DNA of 64,000 nucleotides from assembly GCA_964016885.1 (NCBI GenBank), contig OZ024749.1:18662001-18726000 (forward strand). The letters are read 5' to 3'. Origin of the DNA: Eledone cirrhosa (lineage: Eukaryota). The notes below the pieces were generated by a model, which ran no database searches, was not told where the DNA came from, and worked only from the letters and a program-made list of their open reading frames with translations. Of the stretch, positions 29,076 through 42,356 are shown in pieces; position 1 is the first letter of the stretch, and each line of letters begins with the position of its first letter. The position numbers and the translations under genes were made by a program.

Positions 29076-29363
29076 TAAACTGGAGCAATGTGAAATAAAG
29101 TGTCTTGTTATTTCCTTGAGCAAGACACTTTATTTCACATTGCTCCAGTTTACTCAGCTGTAGAAATGAGTTGATAGGGGCTGGGGTCCATATCATTCCA
29201 CTGCAAAGTGGTCGTGGTGGTGCCACGGCAAAAAAGCACCCAGCACTCACTGTAAATGAGGTTGGTGTTAGGAAGGGCATCCAGCTGTAGAAATCAAGCC
29301 AGAATCAGTTCCCGTCCTACCCTTGCTAGCAGGGAAAAGTGGACGTAAAATGAAATGATGATG
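29076..29363 (+). mobile_element. 5'-inverted SINE with CORE-like box and RTE-derived 3' tail
   Basis: 29076-29107 mirrors 29121-29152; tail CCCGTCCTACCCTTGCTAGCAGG..GGACGTAAAATG..GATGATGA matches the RTE 3' end at 18243-18300. Confidence 0.8.
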
Positions 29364-29382
29364 ATATATATATATATATGTG

Positions 29383-29567
<185 letters not shown>

Positions 29568-29571
29568 AATA

Positions 29572-30820
29572 GATTCTATAATAAATAGACGCACTGACTT
29601 GTTTTCTATCTGCTTGCATAAATTCCACAAAACATTCCACAAAGTATACAGCTAATATCCAAAACTTTATCAATTTAGAATCTTTTTCTCAAAGGCACAT
29701 ATATATATATACACTTCTTTAAAAATATACCCATCTTTCTACCTTATTTCAAAGTTTTTATTATACATTATATAATACTTGTTACTCATTCTATAATACT
29801 TGTTACTCATTCTATATCGCTCCTATTTATCACTTCCCTTTCTTCTCTTTTTCTTTTAATGTCTAACCCCTAATCTGTACCTTTTCTCACTCTTGCCTAA
29901 CATAGAATCAATTATTACATAATACAATACATTCTTACTCTATATCACCTCGTAAAAATCCTTCGTAAACATAAACATTTTTTTGACGTTAGATTATTCA
30001 TCCTCAATTCATTATTCTTTCTCCCTTTCATCTAACTCATTCATGCTCATCCCACAATATATCCTTACTTAAATTACCTGTTGTTCTTTTTAATAATACA
30101 TATCAACATTTTCTTTCCATCGCACATATTATTAAACCCTTAAATTTTATTCTTAATACATATTAACTTTTTCTTTCCATCGCACATATTATTAAACCCC
30201 TAAATATTATGCTTAATACATATTAACATTTTCTTTTCATCGCACATATTATTAAACCCTTCAATATACAAACCTTAACTTTACATTATTTTTCTCTTCG
30301 TTAATTTTCAAATTCTTTTAATTTATACATTATCTTCCAACGGTTTTCAACCTCTCTATGTAAAAACAATATATCTTTTTGTTATAAAAGCTATCTCTCT
30401 CTCTCTCTCTATCACCCATCTCTCCTCCTATCTCATCCTTCCTCATTATACTCCTCCCTCTCCACTTTTTACTCTTATCTCCTCCTCTTTTTCATCCTTT
30501 CCACCCCCCCCCCAAAATAAAATTTTTTTTTCCCAATATCACATATCAATCTAAAATTACTTTTCATATGTTGATTTAAAACTGCACTATCCACAAGTGT
30601 TTTTTTATCTTCATATCATGTCTTCCTGTTTTATCTGATGAAAACACAAATATTATTGCATGATGATATTTGTTTTTGAAATGCGCATAATAAAATACAT
30701 GGAACTCTTTTAACCATGCTTTGTTCTTATATATTATATATACTCCAGTCCTACAAACTGTAGAGTGCTTCTTATCCGATATCTGCATTGCTTTATTGTA
30801 CTACAATAAAACTCACCTCC

Positions 30821-30823
<3 letters not shown>
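29572..30823 (+). mobile_element. PLE 3' end: last ORF codons, 3' UTR, hammerhead, tail
   Basis: [17 protein letters not shown]...stop at 29655; tail repeated at 26051-26135 and inverted at 50309-50499. Confidence 0.7.
30627..30697 (+). ncRNA. Type I hammerhead ribozyme (second copy 50436-50499, minus)
   Basis: TTTTAT-CTGATGA-AAACACAAATATTATT-GCAT-GATGATATTTGTTTTT-GAAA-TGCGCA-TA-ATAAAA. Confidence 0.88.
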
Positions 30824-30895
<72 letters not shown>

Positions 30896-30896
30896 C

Positions 30897-31109
<213 letters not shown>

Positions 31110-31116
31110 AAAAAAA

Positions 31117-31507
31117 GGATCGATCGACTTTCGTCAAATCGGACCGAGGAAACGATGTTTTTCGTCGGTCTTTCCAGTTGCTAGTGCTATCTATCGGTCG
31201 AAACTCCACGTAGAAGGAGCAACGTGAAATAAAGTATCTTGCTCAAGGACATAATGCATCACCCGGTCCAGATATCGAACTCACAGCCTCAAGATTGTGA
31301 ATCCAATTCCCTAACCACTCAGCCATGCGCCTTCATGTGGCTGAGTAGTTAGAGAATTGGATTCGTAATCGTAAGGTTGTGAGTTCGATTCCTGGACCAG
31401 GCGATGCGTTATATCCTTGAGCAAGACACTTTATTTCACGTTGCTCCTTCTACCTGGAGTTGCGACCGATAGATAGTATTAGTAATTGGAAAGACCAACG
31501 GAAACAT
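31117..31507. mobile_element. Duplicate of the head-to-head SINE pair, right copy truncated
   Basis: Near-identical to 28097-28487. Confidence 0.85.
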
Positions 31508-32035
31508 AAATCCCCAGTCGCGGAAGAGGCTGATTAATTGTTTACGGACCCGATCTGTACTACTGGGGTTGTACCCTTTAAGGGTAAGGAGCCCATCATC
31601 ACGGTACAATCCACTGCCGAATGCAGGAAACATATCGGTGTGTTTGACTATTAGGAATAATCCTATAAGATCTGTGACCTCAGCCGAATCCGTCGTGCCC
31701 ATGCTGACGTCGAAGGGTGAGTCGGGAGCTCTCTTTATCCATTTGGAGTTGTCGAAGAGTAAGACTGTCTTCCTGGCATGGAGGATGATGTTTCTTTCCT
31801 GGTCGGTGATGGGCACAAGTGTTTCGGTGAAGTCCAAGGCAGCCGTAAGTAGCGGTAAGGTAATTGAAGCATAGTAACTCTCTATGTCAAACTGGATGAA
31901 TTTAGTGTCTCGTTTTTCCTCCATATTGCTGAACCATGAGATTACTTCCTGGGTGTTGACCCATAGGCTAGGTCTGGCGTGTTGCTTAACTTTCGGTATA
32001 ACGCGGTCTAGGATTTTTTTGCTGATTCTCCGTAA
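31507..32035 (-). pseudogene. Internal PLE RT fragment
   Basis: ISKKILDRV..LWVNT..FIQFDIESYYASI..FDVSMGTTDSAE..GLYRDD. Confidence 0.9.
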
Positions 32036-32146
32036 ACACTTTTGAATAGTGCAGTTTTGAATCAACATATCACTATGTTATATCAATATGTTGATTCAAA
32101 ACTGCACTATTCACAAGTGTTTTTTAACCTTATATATATATATATA

Positions 32147-32248
<102 letters not shown>

Positions 32249-32606
32249 CATGAGAAGAAAGAAGAATACTGCGTGGTTAGCACATGGGTTACATATGATA
32301 AAAATAGTCCTTCGTCAGTGATTTTCCAACCATCATTGGTATTTCATCGCATTAAAAATCAGATACCTCAGGTTGGTGCGAGCAATTATATATATATATA
32401 TATATATATATTAGGTATAGGATTATCCAAGATGCAGTGATGGTTAATTACTACACTGGATATGGTTGACGTACGGTAAGAGGTTACTCTACGAGTTATG
32501 GAAGAATTGTTCAAGAAACTTAGTTCCTGATCCTTCAGTATTCCGGAGTGTATATAAAGAATGAATAATAACAGGTAGACATCATAAAAAGGTAGTTTAT
32601 TCCATG

Positions 32607-32718
32607 TGCTTACAAGTGTTTCCACGGTGGTACTGCAGCCTAGTTCCGCTACGTGCAAATTCACAAGTATTTGCAGAACTCGAATATCCAATGCTGTGAC
32701 CACTGTTTCCTCAGAGCA
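32607..32718 (-). ncRNA. Type I hammerhead with long stem II insertion
   Basis: Minus strand TGCT-CTGAGGA-A-ACAGTGGT...ACCACCGT-G-GAAA-CACTTG-TA-AGCA with internal helix AGTTCTGC/GCGGAACT. Confidence 0.75.
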
Positions 32719-33211
32719 GAATGGTAAATATACAATGTAAAAACCCTTAAGTGGGGTTGTTGGGGAAGATAGAGTGGAACAGGAAGAGAGAAAAGTAGGG
32801 AAGATGGAGAGAGAAGGAAAGATATGCAGGGGTTGGAGAAGTAGGAGAGAGTGGCTTGTAGATATCTTAATCAAAATGTTATGGTAGGGGTTTTATTAGT
32901 TACTTTTGGAGAGATGCGTAGATAGTTGAGATCGGAATTATTTATTGCCCCAGAGGTCAAGTTCATAGATGTTGAGAGGGAGGTAGGTCAAAGGTGAGAG
33001 AGAGAGAGTGTAATGGATGTAGAGAGATATATATAGGTAGAGAGGGGACAGATAAAGTATATGTGGTGAGTGAACTTTTGGTTTTGTAGTAGTAATCTAG
33101 GAATTGTACTGAGTTACCATGTATAGTGATAAGCAGTGTATTGTCTTGTAGTGTGGGGGAGAAGAGAAGGTTGTTAGCTAGAAAGTGGTGTTGTAGTTAC
33201 GGGTTCGAATG

Positions 33212-35467
33212 TTAAGTTATTTTATAGTGAGAGAATTTAGCTTTTAGTTTGTGGTTGCAGTATAGTGATCGTTCAATTCTATCGTTAAGTAGTTTGTTTT
33301 GGGATTTTAGTATGTAAAATAGCTCAAGGTTACATAACCTGCAGTACTTCAAACCACTCCGATATGCATTTGCGCTGGAAAGTATATCCCATTTTAAGGT
33401 GAACTGTTGGTTGTGTTCACGGAGTTGCCAGGTCTTGTTGGCGAGCGTGGTCACAAAACGGTGATTCTGATGTTTGATTGAGAATCGATGACGGTACCAG
33501 CGAGGTTTAAACGATGTGGTGGTAGATCCGATATAATACCATTTCTGGTCGTCCGATTCAACCGTGCATTGGTAAACAATGTTGGACTTTAGGCATTCAT
33601 TCTGCAATGGACATCTTTCAGGTAGATGGCAGTTACATGCTTTGTTGTGGGTAGCGGGTATACCATGGATAGGTTGTGATAGCGGTACAGGTGGGTTGTG
33701 CAATACCCGTCTCCCATTTAGTGGTTGGGAGGCAGATATTGCGTTCTGCCCATCTGTTACTAAAATGTTTTGTTTTGTAGAGTTGTTTAATTGCCTTAAG
33801 TTAAGTTTTTTTATGTATGCTTCAAGGTTTGGTGCCGTGGAGTATGATAGTCTAATAGTTTTGGAGTTCAGAATTTTGCTGTACTTATGGGAACTAGGGA
33901 AGTGTTTATTGATTAATTTAAAGAATGAAAGAGATAGTTTTGTACTAATCGAGGCATTAAAAATAGGATTATACCAGATATACTTTCTACAACGTGATTT
34001 ATTTGGTGGTGATCTTCTATTATTAGTATGTCTGGTAGTATAGTGTGTGTGTGCTTGTGTTTTAGTCCCCCGGTTACGTATACCTTGATTACGTGTAGAG
34101 CTATGTGTGTTGTAGAAATTACTATCGATGTATTCTATTGTATCCCGGTGGTCAGCATTCCTTAATGCATTATTGTAGTATTCAGCATGTTCGCTAAAAA
34201 TATCAGAGTTAGACGATAGGCGAGAGATTCTAAGAGAAATACTCCGGGGAACTGATTTGATCATGGAGAGTGGGTGGTTAGAGTTAAAGTCAATATACGT
34301 AAGGTTCTCATTTACCTTGTGGAAGGGTCGTATCTGTCCGGTATTTAAATTAAGAGTTACGTCCAGAAAGTTTACTACCTTAAGATTGTATTCGTATGTT
34401 ATTTTTAGGCCCAGTTCACTAAAAGATTTTCTAATATTTTTCCGTAGCCTTTCAAGATTTTGGTTATTCAAGTTATTAACTAATAAGAGCCCGTCATCTC
34501 TATATATCCCCCCCTGTAGATTACTAAATCTACTATGTAATATGTGGGCTATGTAAATTCCCACGAGATCCGTGACCTCCGCCGAGTCGTTGGAACCCAT
34601 GGTAATATCGAAATTTGTGGGTCTGTCCTTACGTTCCCAGTAGCAGTTATCGAACTTAATAATGGTTTTTCTAGCCTCGAGAATAATATTAATTTCGTCC
34701 TCCGTTAGGTCGGAATTGGCCTTAGCAAACGATAGGGCCTTACGTAAAGTGCTTGGTGAGATGGAAGAGTAGTATTCGTCTATGTCAAATTGTATAAACT
34801 TAGATTTATTCTTATTCTTAACATTATTAAACCAGCGAATTGCTTCGCTAGTGTTGCCCCATAATTTAATTTCAATTTTCTTTTTCACTTGAGTTATTAC
34901 TCTGTCAAGTATATGTTTACTAATTTTCCCTATGTCTGATTTAGAAGGGTATATAAGTCTAATCTTAGGGTTAGAGTCAAAATTTACCTTATGGTCCTTC
35001 AGGTTGAAGGTGGGGGTAGCGGGTATAATCGGCTCGGTTCTATCGTCTATCTTGAGATTCTTTACCACTTTGTATGCCTCGTTGTTAATATTTGCTAGCG
35101 TAGTTTCATTTGTTTTTCTATATTTTTTGTGTAGTTCGTTGCGTATGAAGTTATTATACGTATCGATATCCATGGTATACACGTTAGAAGTCTTGTCAGC
35201 TTTCACAACAATTCCATTGGTATTTTGCAATCTTCGGAGTAGTGCTTTCATGTTGTTCTGCAGCTCATTATTTCTATGTCTGTTGAACTTAATGTTCATG
35301 GTAGTTTTCAATAAGTCCTGTTCGAAAGCTTCGAGGTGAGGGTTTGTAGGTGGGTTTTTACATGATTTAAAACCATATGATTCAGACGAGTGATTGGCGC
35401 GTCCTTTATCGAAGTGGAAAGCTTTCCATCGTACACGCCGAATGAAGTCGTTACTGCGTTGAATCAT
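33212..35467 (-). CDS. PLE RT + C-terminal GIY-YIG endonuclease (751 aa, uninterrupted; true start probably clipped by the inversion)
   Basis: KADKT, LKDHK, FIQFDI, GIYRDD, NFLDV, CNC..CPL..C, IVYQC..YYIGST, CRLCNLE; frame extends upstream as SLKNIP. Confidence 0.93.
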   Translation of the reverse strand: MIQRSNDFIRRVRWKAFHFDKGRANHSSESYGFKSCKNPPTNPHLEAFEQDLLKTTMNIKFNRHRNNELQNNMKALLRRLQNTNGIVVKADKTSNVYTMDIDTYNNFIRNELHKKYRKTNETTLANINNEAYKVVKNLKIDDRTEPIIPATPTFNLKDHKVNFDSNPKIRLIYPSKSDIGKISKHILDRVITQVKKKIEIKLWGNTSEAIRWFNNVKNKNKSKFIQFDIDEYYSSISPSTLRKALSFAKANSDLTEDEINIILEARKTIIKFDNCYWERKDRPTNFDITMGSNDSAEVTDLVGIYIAHILHSRFSNLQGGIYRDDGLLLVNNLNNQNLERLRKNIRKSFSELGLKITYEYNLKVVNFLDVTLNLNTGQIRPFHKVNENLTYIDFNSNHPLSMIKSVPRSISLRISRLSSNSDIFSEHAEYYNNALRNADHRDTIEYIDSNFYNTHSSTRNQGIRNRGTKTQAHTHYTTRHTNNRRSPPNKSRCRKYIWYNPIFNASISTKLSLSFFKLINKHFPSSHKYSKILNSKTIRLSYSTAPNLEAYIKKLNLRQLNNSTKQNILVTDGQNAISASQPLNGRRVLHNPPVPLSQPIHGIPATHNKACNCHLPERCPLQNECLKSNIVYQCTVESDDQKWYYIGSTTTSFKPRWYRHRFSIKHQNHRFVTTLANKTWQLREHNQQFTLKWDILSSANAYRSGLKYCRLCNLELFYILKSQNKLLNDRIERSLYCNHKLKAKFSHYKIT

Positions 35468-35596
35468 ACTGAGAATATATTCCCTTTTGTTAGGTATAGG
35501 TATGTTTTTAAGCTAGGCTGCAGTACCACCGTGGAAACACTTGTAAGCACACGGAATAAACTACCTTTTTATGATGTCTACCTGTTATTATTCATT

Positions 35597-35656
<60 letters not shown>

Positions 35657-35658
<2 letters not shown>

Positions 35659-36236
35659 TTTCTGAATTTGTTTAGCAAGATGCTTTATCTGAAATCGTGT
35701 GTTGAAACCGATATTGTTATACTTTGGGAGGGTCATGTTGCCAATAAGAAACACACGCACCAGTTGCTTTCACTTCAATTTATTATAATAAATTTATAAT
35801 AAATTTATAAATTCATAAATTTCTGGTTGGTTGGTTGGTTCCACAACCAGATAGTTGTTTATATATTGTCATAGTTCTTTCGTCACACACTCTGTGACCT
35901 CTTCAGTGACTGGCGATTCCTTTCTTTGTTTCTGTGCCTCTCCTTTGTTCTGTCCTACGCACACATAGAAACAAAATGGTGTAGGACAGAACAAAGGAGA
36001 GGCACAGAAACAAAGAAAGGAATCCCCAGTCACTGAAGAGGTCACAGAGTGTGTGACGAAAGACTATGACAATATATAAACAACTATCTGGTTGTGGAAC
36101 CAACCAACCAACCAGAAATTTATAAATTTATAAATTTATTATAAATTTATTATAAATTTATTATAATAAATTGAAGTGAAAGCAACTGGTGCGTGTGTTT
36201 CTTATTGGCAACATGACCCTCCCAAAGTATAACAAT
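35657..36236. mobile_element. Fold-back pair of PLE family B tails, hammerheads at 35868-35910(-) and 36029-36070(+)
   Basis: 35712-35958 mirrors 35980-36236. Confidence 0.88.
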
Positions 36237-36242
36237 ATATAT

Positions 36243-39200
36243 AAAATTATAAAAATAAACAAAGAAGCCTTCAATACATCAAAAGTCTTTATTAGCCTAC
36301 AATGTTTCGTGCCATTAATAAGGACTCATCAGGGCAAGTAAATTGACAAGAAGCATTAACGGCCAGAACCATCCAAAACTCAGAAGAATAGGGAATTCAT
36401 ATCCATGAAAGCTTAGGAAAGTATCAAGGAAAAGCATGCTAAAGCTAAAAGCTAGCAGTTACAAATATAGACTATAGGGCAAGAAAGCGAGTAATATGTC
36501 AAACCTACGTTGAAAGTACAGTAAAAGACAAATACATTAAATACAATATGGTAATATAATGTGAGAATTACAATATGATATAGAATACAATATAATGGAT
36601 AAAAATAAATAAAAAGCTTAATATATGTATATATATATATCCATATATATATACACATTTACACAAACACATACTAACACTTATTAAGTATTTAAATATA
36701 AATATACTCTTTATAATATAAAAATCCCCCTGACGGTGTGCATAAACTATACAAAAAGAAAAAAAAACCAATAGAATAATATACTGACATAAAAAACATA
36801 CAAAACTACATCATACATATCATTTGATGTCAACAAATTGTATATAAAGTTTTTCAAGGGTAAGAAAAAAATATCATATAAAACTAAAGTTATGTTGAAA
36901 AAACATATATATAAATACATAAAGTATTGACAATAAATATATATAGAGGTATATGCAGTAAAATATATATAGAGGTATATGCAATAAATATATATAGAGG
37001 TATATACATAAAATATTACAAAATATTACAAAACAGTACCTCAAATATCTGACATATATTAATACCTATAACTCAATTACATAGAAATAATATGATATAT
37101 CAATGTTAATATTATAATAATTATAAATAAAATATAATATAATTGTTTCTACTTTAGGCACAAGGCCAGCAAATACCCAGTGCATTACCAGATAGACAGA
37201 GTCAATGGAAAATGTTTAAGATATATTTACGCGGTTAATATAGGGAGGCATATTATGATGCAAAGCAGAAAATATAAATATGACAGACAGCAAGTGGTAG
37301 TAAAGAAATAATGATGATGATGATAGGAAGACAGACAGCATGTGGTAGTAAGAAAATAAATAAAAATAAATAAAATAAAACGAAGAACAAAAACAAAAAA
37401 CAAAAAACAAAAACAAAAACAAAAACAAGCACAGTAACGTAGGTATTACAAGTCGTTATGTAAATATAGAGGATATTATTATTCTAAACTAAAGAATTGA
37501 ATAGAAAACCTTATTAAATCAATTAATATTAAAATTGCTTAAAAGATATTATTGGTCACTTCAAATAGAATAAAGTTTAAGTCATCAAAGTCGTATAAAA
37601 TTAGGATATTTCTATAAATACTATCAATATATAATACGATGCGTTCAGACGAATTACGTTATCAAAGAAAAAACTCTAAATAAAACTATGGTAGACCAAA
37701 GGGAACAGAAAGTGAAACTATGGAGGATAGGAAGGATCATAAAAGTAAAAATTAATACATAATATAATAATAAAAAGGAGTATAAAAGTAGAATTTATAT
37801 ATAATATAATAAAAAGGGGCGAATATTAAGTGTGGAAAGGATGAGGTTCATTAGTTTTAGATGTAGGAGACTCAAAAATTAAACTATTCAATAAGATACA
37901 AACTTACAAGGCGATAATATTGAGTAAAAATGTAATAATGTTTAAGATGATAGATATGGTAAGGTAGCTAATAAGACTATGAAAACTAAAATTCGAAAAT
38001 CGAAATAACCGTAGAAAACTAATAATAATGGTAATAATAATGAACTAAAACCAAAGAGATGGGGAAATATAACAGCTAATGGATACGGTTTAAACTACCA
38101 GAACTTTTAGGTCTATAATAGAAGAAAGAATTAGAAATGGCATGCGGACAGGAAGAAAATATCTCAGATTTTCTATTAAGCAATATGTTCCTAGAGAAAA
38201 TTATAGAGTGGGTCTCTAGGATACAAAGATTACAGAATTTAGTGTGTGTTGATAGGTGATTAGATTGTGTTACAATTCGCCAATTTAGGCTATATGGTAT
38301 GCCATCCCCTTTTAAATCCTAGATATGGTGTGCCAAAGAAGTAGAGTTCTTAAACTTGATATGCTTAAAATTAGAAATATGTGAATTAAACCTAGTTTTA
38401 AAAGTATTCGATGTGGAGCCTATATATGTGCTACAAGAAGAATTAGTCTTAACTTCACATGCATAAACGATGTTCCTAGAGAGGCAGTGACCATTTAAAG
38501 AGCAGTTATTACTTAATCTACAGTTACACTTCCGGGTACTAGTGACTAGCTGATTACGCGATGCATTATTCCTAGGGTTATTATAAGATAAGATCTGCTC
38601 GGGCGGTAAGTTATCAATAGAGCTATCTAGATTAGCAGTACGCAAAGATGAGTAGCTATCCCTAATTTTCCTATTGTTAGTGCTAGCTAGATGAGAATTA
38701 ATGTTAGGGGTGGTAGAGAAGGAGAGTTTAATTACATTTTTATTAAAGATACCATGATATTTATTAGTAGGAGGAAAATTTTTCTCTAAAATAGAAAAGA
38801 AAAACCTAGGGATATTAGTTAATACTTCATGATCAAAAGGCGGGTTAAAGTAAGTATTGAGTCTCCTCCTATTCCTACGTTTACTATCTCTACCGTAATC
38901 TGGTATCCTATTAATAGGATCAGGGTTAATACGAGGAACAGTTGAATTAACACTATTAGAAGCAGTTAAAACATTACCACTGGGTGAACGTTCAGAGCGC
39001 CTATCCTGTTCCCTAGAACCAATCTCGAAATGCGTACCGTTAGACTCACTATTTCGACTACTATTTCGGTAGCTAAACTTAGGGTTTGGTTTGGATATAT
39101 CTATAAGATTTCTATGATTCCTATATTTTCTTCTCCCATTCAAGGCCATATTATGGGATATTACATCGGAGTCATTCCAAGGTTGTCCTCCTTATAATGT

Positions 39201-41148
39201 ATTTTACCAGAGTAACCAGAGTTAGCTAGGGCATTATTATAATACTCTGCATGTGAATTAACGATTCCTATATCCTTAGAGAGTGTGGAGATTCTATTAG
39301 ATACACCATTAATTATAGAACTAATCATAGATTTAGGGTGGTTGGAATTAGGGTTAACGTAAGAGAGTGTCTCATTTGGTTTGTGGACGGGTTTATAACT
39401 ATTAGTGACCAAGTCTAATGTCACATCTAAAAAGTTGACTGCTCTATCATTCTTATCAATTGTGATCGAAAGGTTAAAATTTTTAAAAAATTTATATAGC
39501 TTCTTCCTATTATGCTCAATGTACTAGAGTGTATCACAAATAATGCATCGTCACGATAAAGTCCCCCTTTAAGGTGCGGAAAGCTAACATACAGTTCGTT
39601 CAAGGGGAACAGCCCAACAAGATCAGTTACCTGCGCCGAATCACTCGAACCCATTGTAACGTCAAAGTTGTTGGGTGTGTTTTTACGCGTCCAAAGTGTA
39701 TCTTCGAATTTGATGATAGTCCTACGGGCGGCTAGTATAACATCAATCTGGGGTCGCGTAAGACTAGACATTCGCATGGCCATAATTAAGGCTTTATTAA
39801 GGAGGATAGGTGAAATCGACGTGTAATAGGCGTCTATATCAAACTGGATAAACCTACTAGACTCAAGCTTATTGATACCAGAGAACCAATCAATAACATC
39901 CTTAGTATTTCCCCATAGATTAAAATGAACCTTCTCCCTAACGGTAGGTATAATCAGGTCAAGGATTTTCTTACTAATTATAGCTATATCAGACTTAGAA
40001 GGACTGATTACTAATGAAGTCTACCTTATGATCCTTAAGTGTGAATCTCGGTTCCCTAGGGTAATATGGTTGGGTATACTTATCAAGACCCAGATCAGAA
40101 ACTATCTTGAGGCCCTCATTATTGATTTGATCCAAATTATCCTGCGTTGTCTTTTTGTAATTTTTATGCAGCTCCTTATAAATAAAACTACGGTAAGCAA
40201 TATAATCCATAGAGTAAAGATTCTTAGTCTTGTCAGCCGGGACAAGAATAGATTTATTCCCTTTAAAATCCTTAACAATATTCTTAAGTTTAGACTGGAA
40301 CCTGTCAAATTTATTATAGTTCCCATATTTATTATGCGGCTTATATTTTATATTTTTGACAAGGGAAAGTAAATCGTTCTCAAAATTATCTAATAGAACA
40401 TTATGCGGTGGACTTTTATAAGTCTTGAAGCCAAAGTTATTGAATGGAGTCTTATCCCGGGGTTAATCCTATTCCTATTAATATCAAAGTGGAAAGCACG
40501 CCATCTAATCCTTTTTACGAAGGAGTTAACGCTAGCAATCAAGAGTTTTTCATAAGTATTTCTAGAGGGGATGGGAATATCTTCAGAGATAAAGGCAAGT
40601 AGCTCTTTGTTAGCATACTGTCAGATATATATAAAGGCCAAAATACCAGTATATAGGAAAAAGCTCAACCAATCGGGAGCCGTAATAAGAATTAAAATAC
40701 TAGAGTGCGTTCGAGTAAAACACACTCGTCGTATTATAGAAATGACAGTATAAGATATAGCTCAATGTAATACAACAGAGCCGAAAAATTATAAAAATAA
40801 ACAAAGAAGCCTTCAATACATCAAACGTCTTTATTAGCTTACAATGTTTCGTCCCATTAATAAGGACTCATCAGGGCAAGTAAATTGACGGAAGCATTAA
40901 CGGCCAGAACCACCAAAACTCAGAAGAATAGGGAATTCATATCCATGAAAGCTTAGGAAAGATATCAAGGAAAAGCATGCTAAAGCTAAAAGCGTGCAGT
41001 TACAAATATAGACTATAGGGCAAGAAAGCGAGTAATATGTCAAACCTACGTTGAAAGTACAGTATCAGACAAATACATTAAATACAACATGGTAATATAA
41101 TACTACGAGTGTGTTTTACTCCAACGCACTCTAGTATTTTAATTCTTA
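36243..41148 (-). mobile_element. Decayed full-length PLE flanked by ~320-bp direct pseudo-LTRs, plus a short 5' inversion
   Basis: 36243-36562 repeats at 40786-41102; ORF fragments 38319-40210 with LKDHK, TMGSSDSAQ, GLYRDD, YIGST; 41104-41148 mirrors 40686-40728. Confidence 0.9.
36295..36335 (-). ncRNA. Minimal hammerhead in pseudo-LTR (second copy 40837-40877)
   Basis: Consensus of the two copies GCC-CTGATGA-GTCCT..GGGAC-GAAA-CATTG-TA-GGC; each copy has one disrupting change. Confidence 0.8.
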
Positions 41149-41155
41149 TATATAT

Positions 41156-42070
<915 letters not shown>

Positions 42071-42131
42071 GTGTGTATATATATGTGTATATATATATTT
42101 GTATATATATATATATGTATATATATATTTG

Positions 42132-42164
<33 letters not shown>

Positions 42165-42219
42165 GTGTGTGTGTGTATATATATATATGTGTGTGTGTAT
42201 ATATACATATATATATATA

Positions 42220-42336
<117 letters not shown>

Positions 42337-42356
42337 GGTATAAATACGGTATAAAT

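Larger units (their letters stand above)
32410..35600 (-). mobile_element. Penelope-like element family C, near full length, with 5' inverted tail (35514-35600)
   Basis: Uninterrupted ORF, 3' UTR hammerhead; 35514-35600 mirrors 32555-32643; (TA)n on both sides. Confidence 0.92.
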
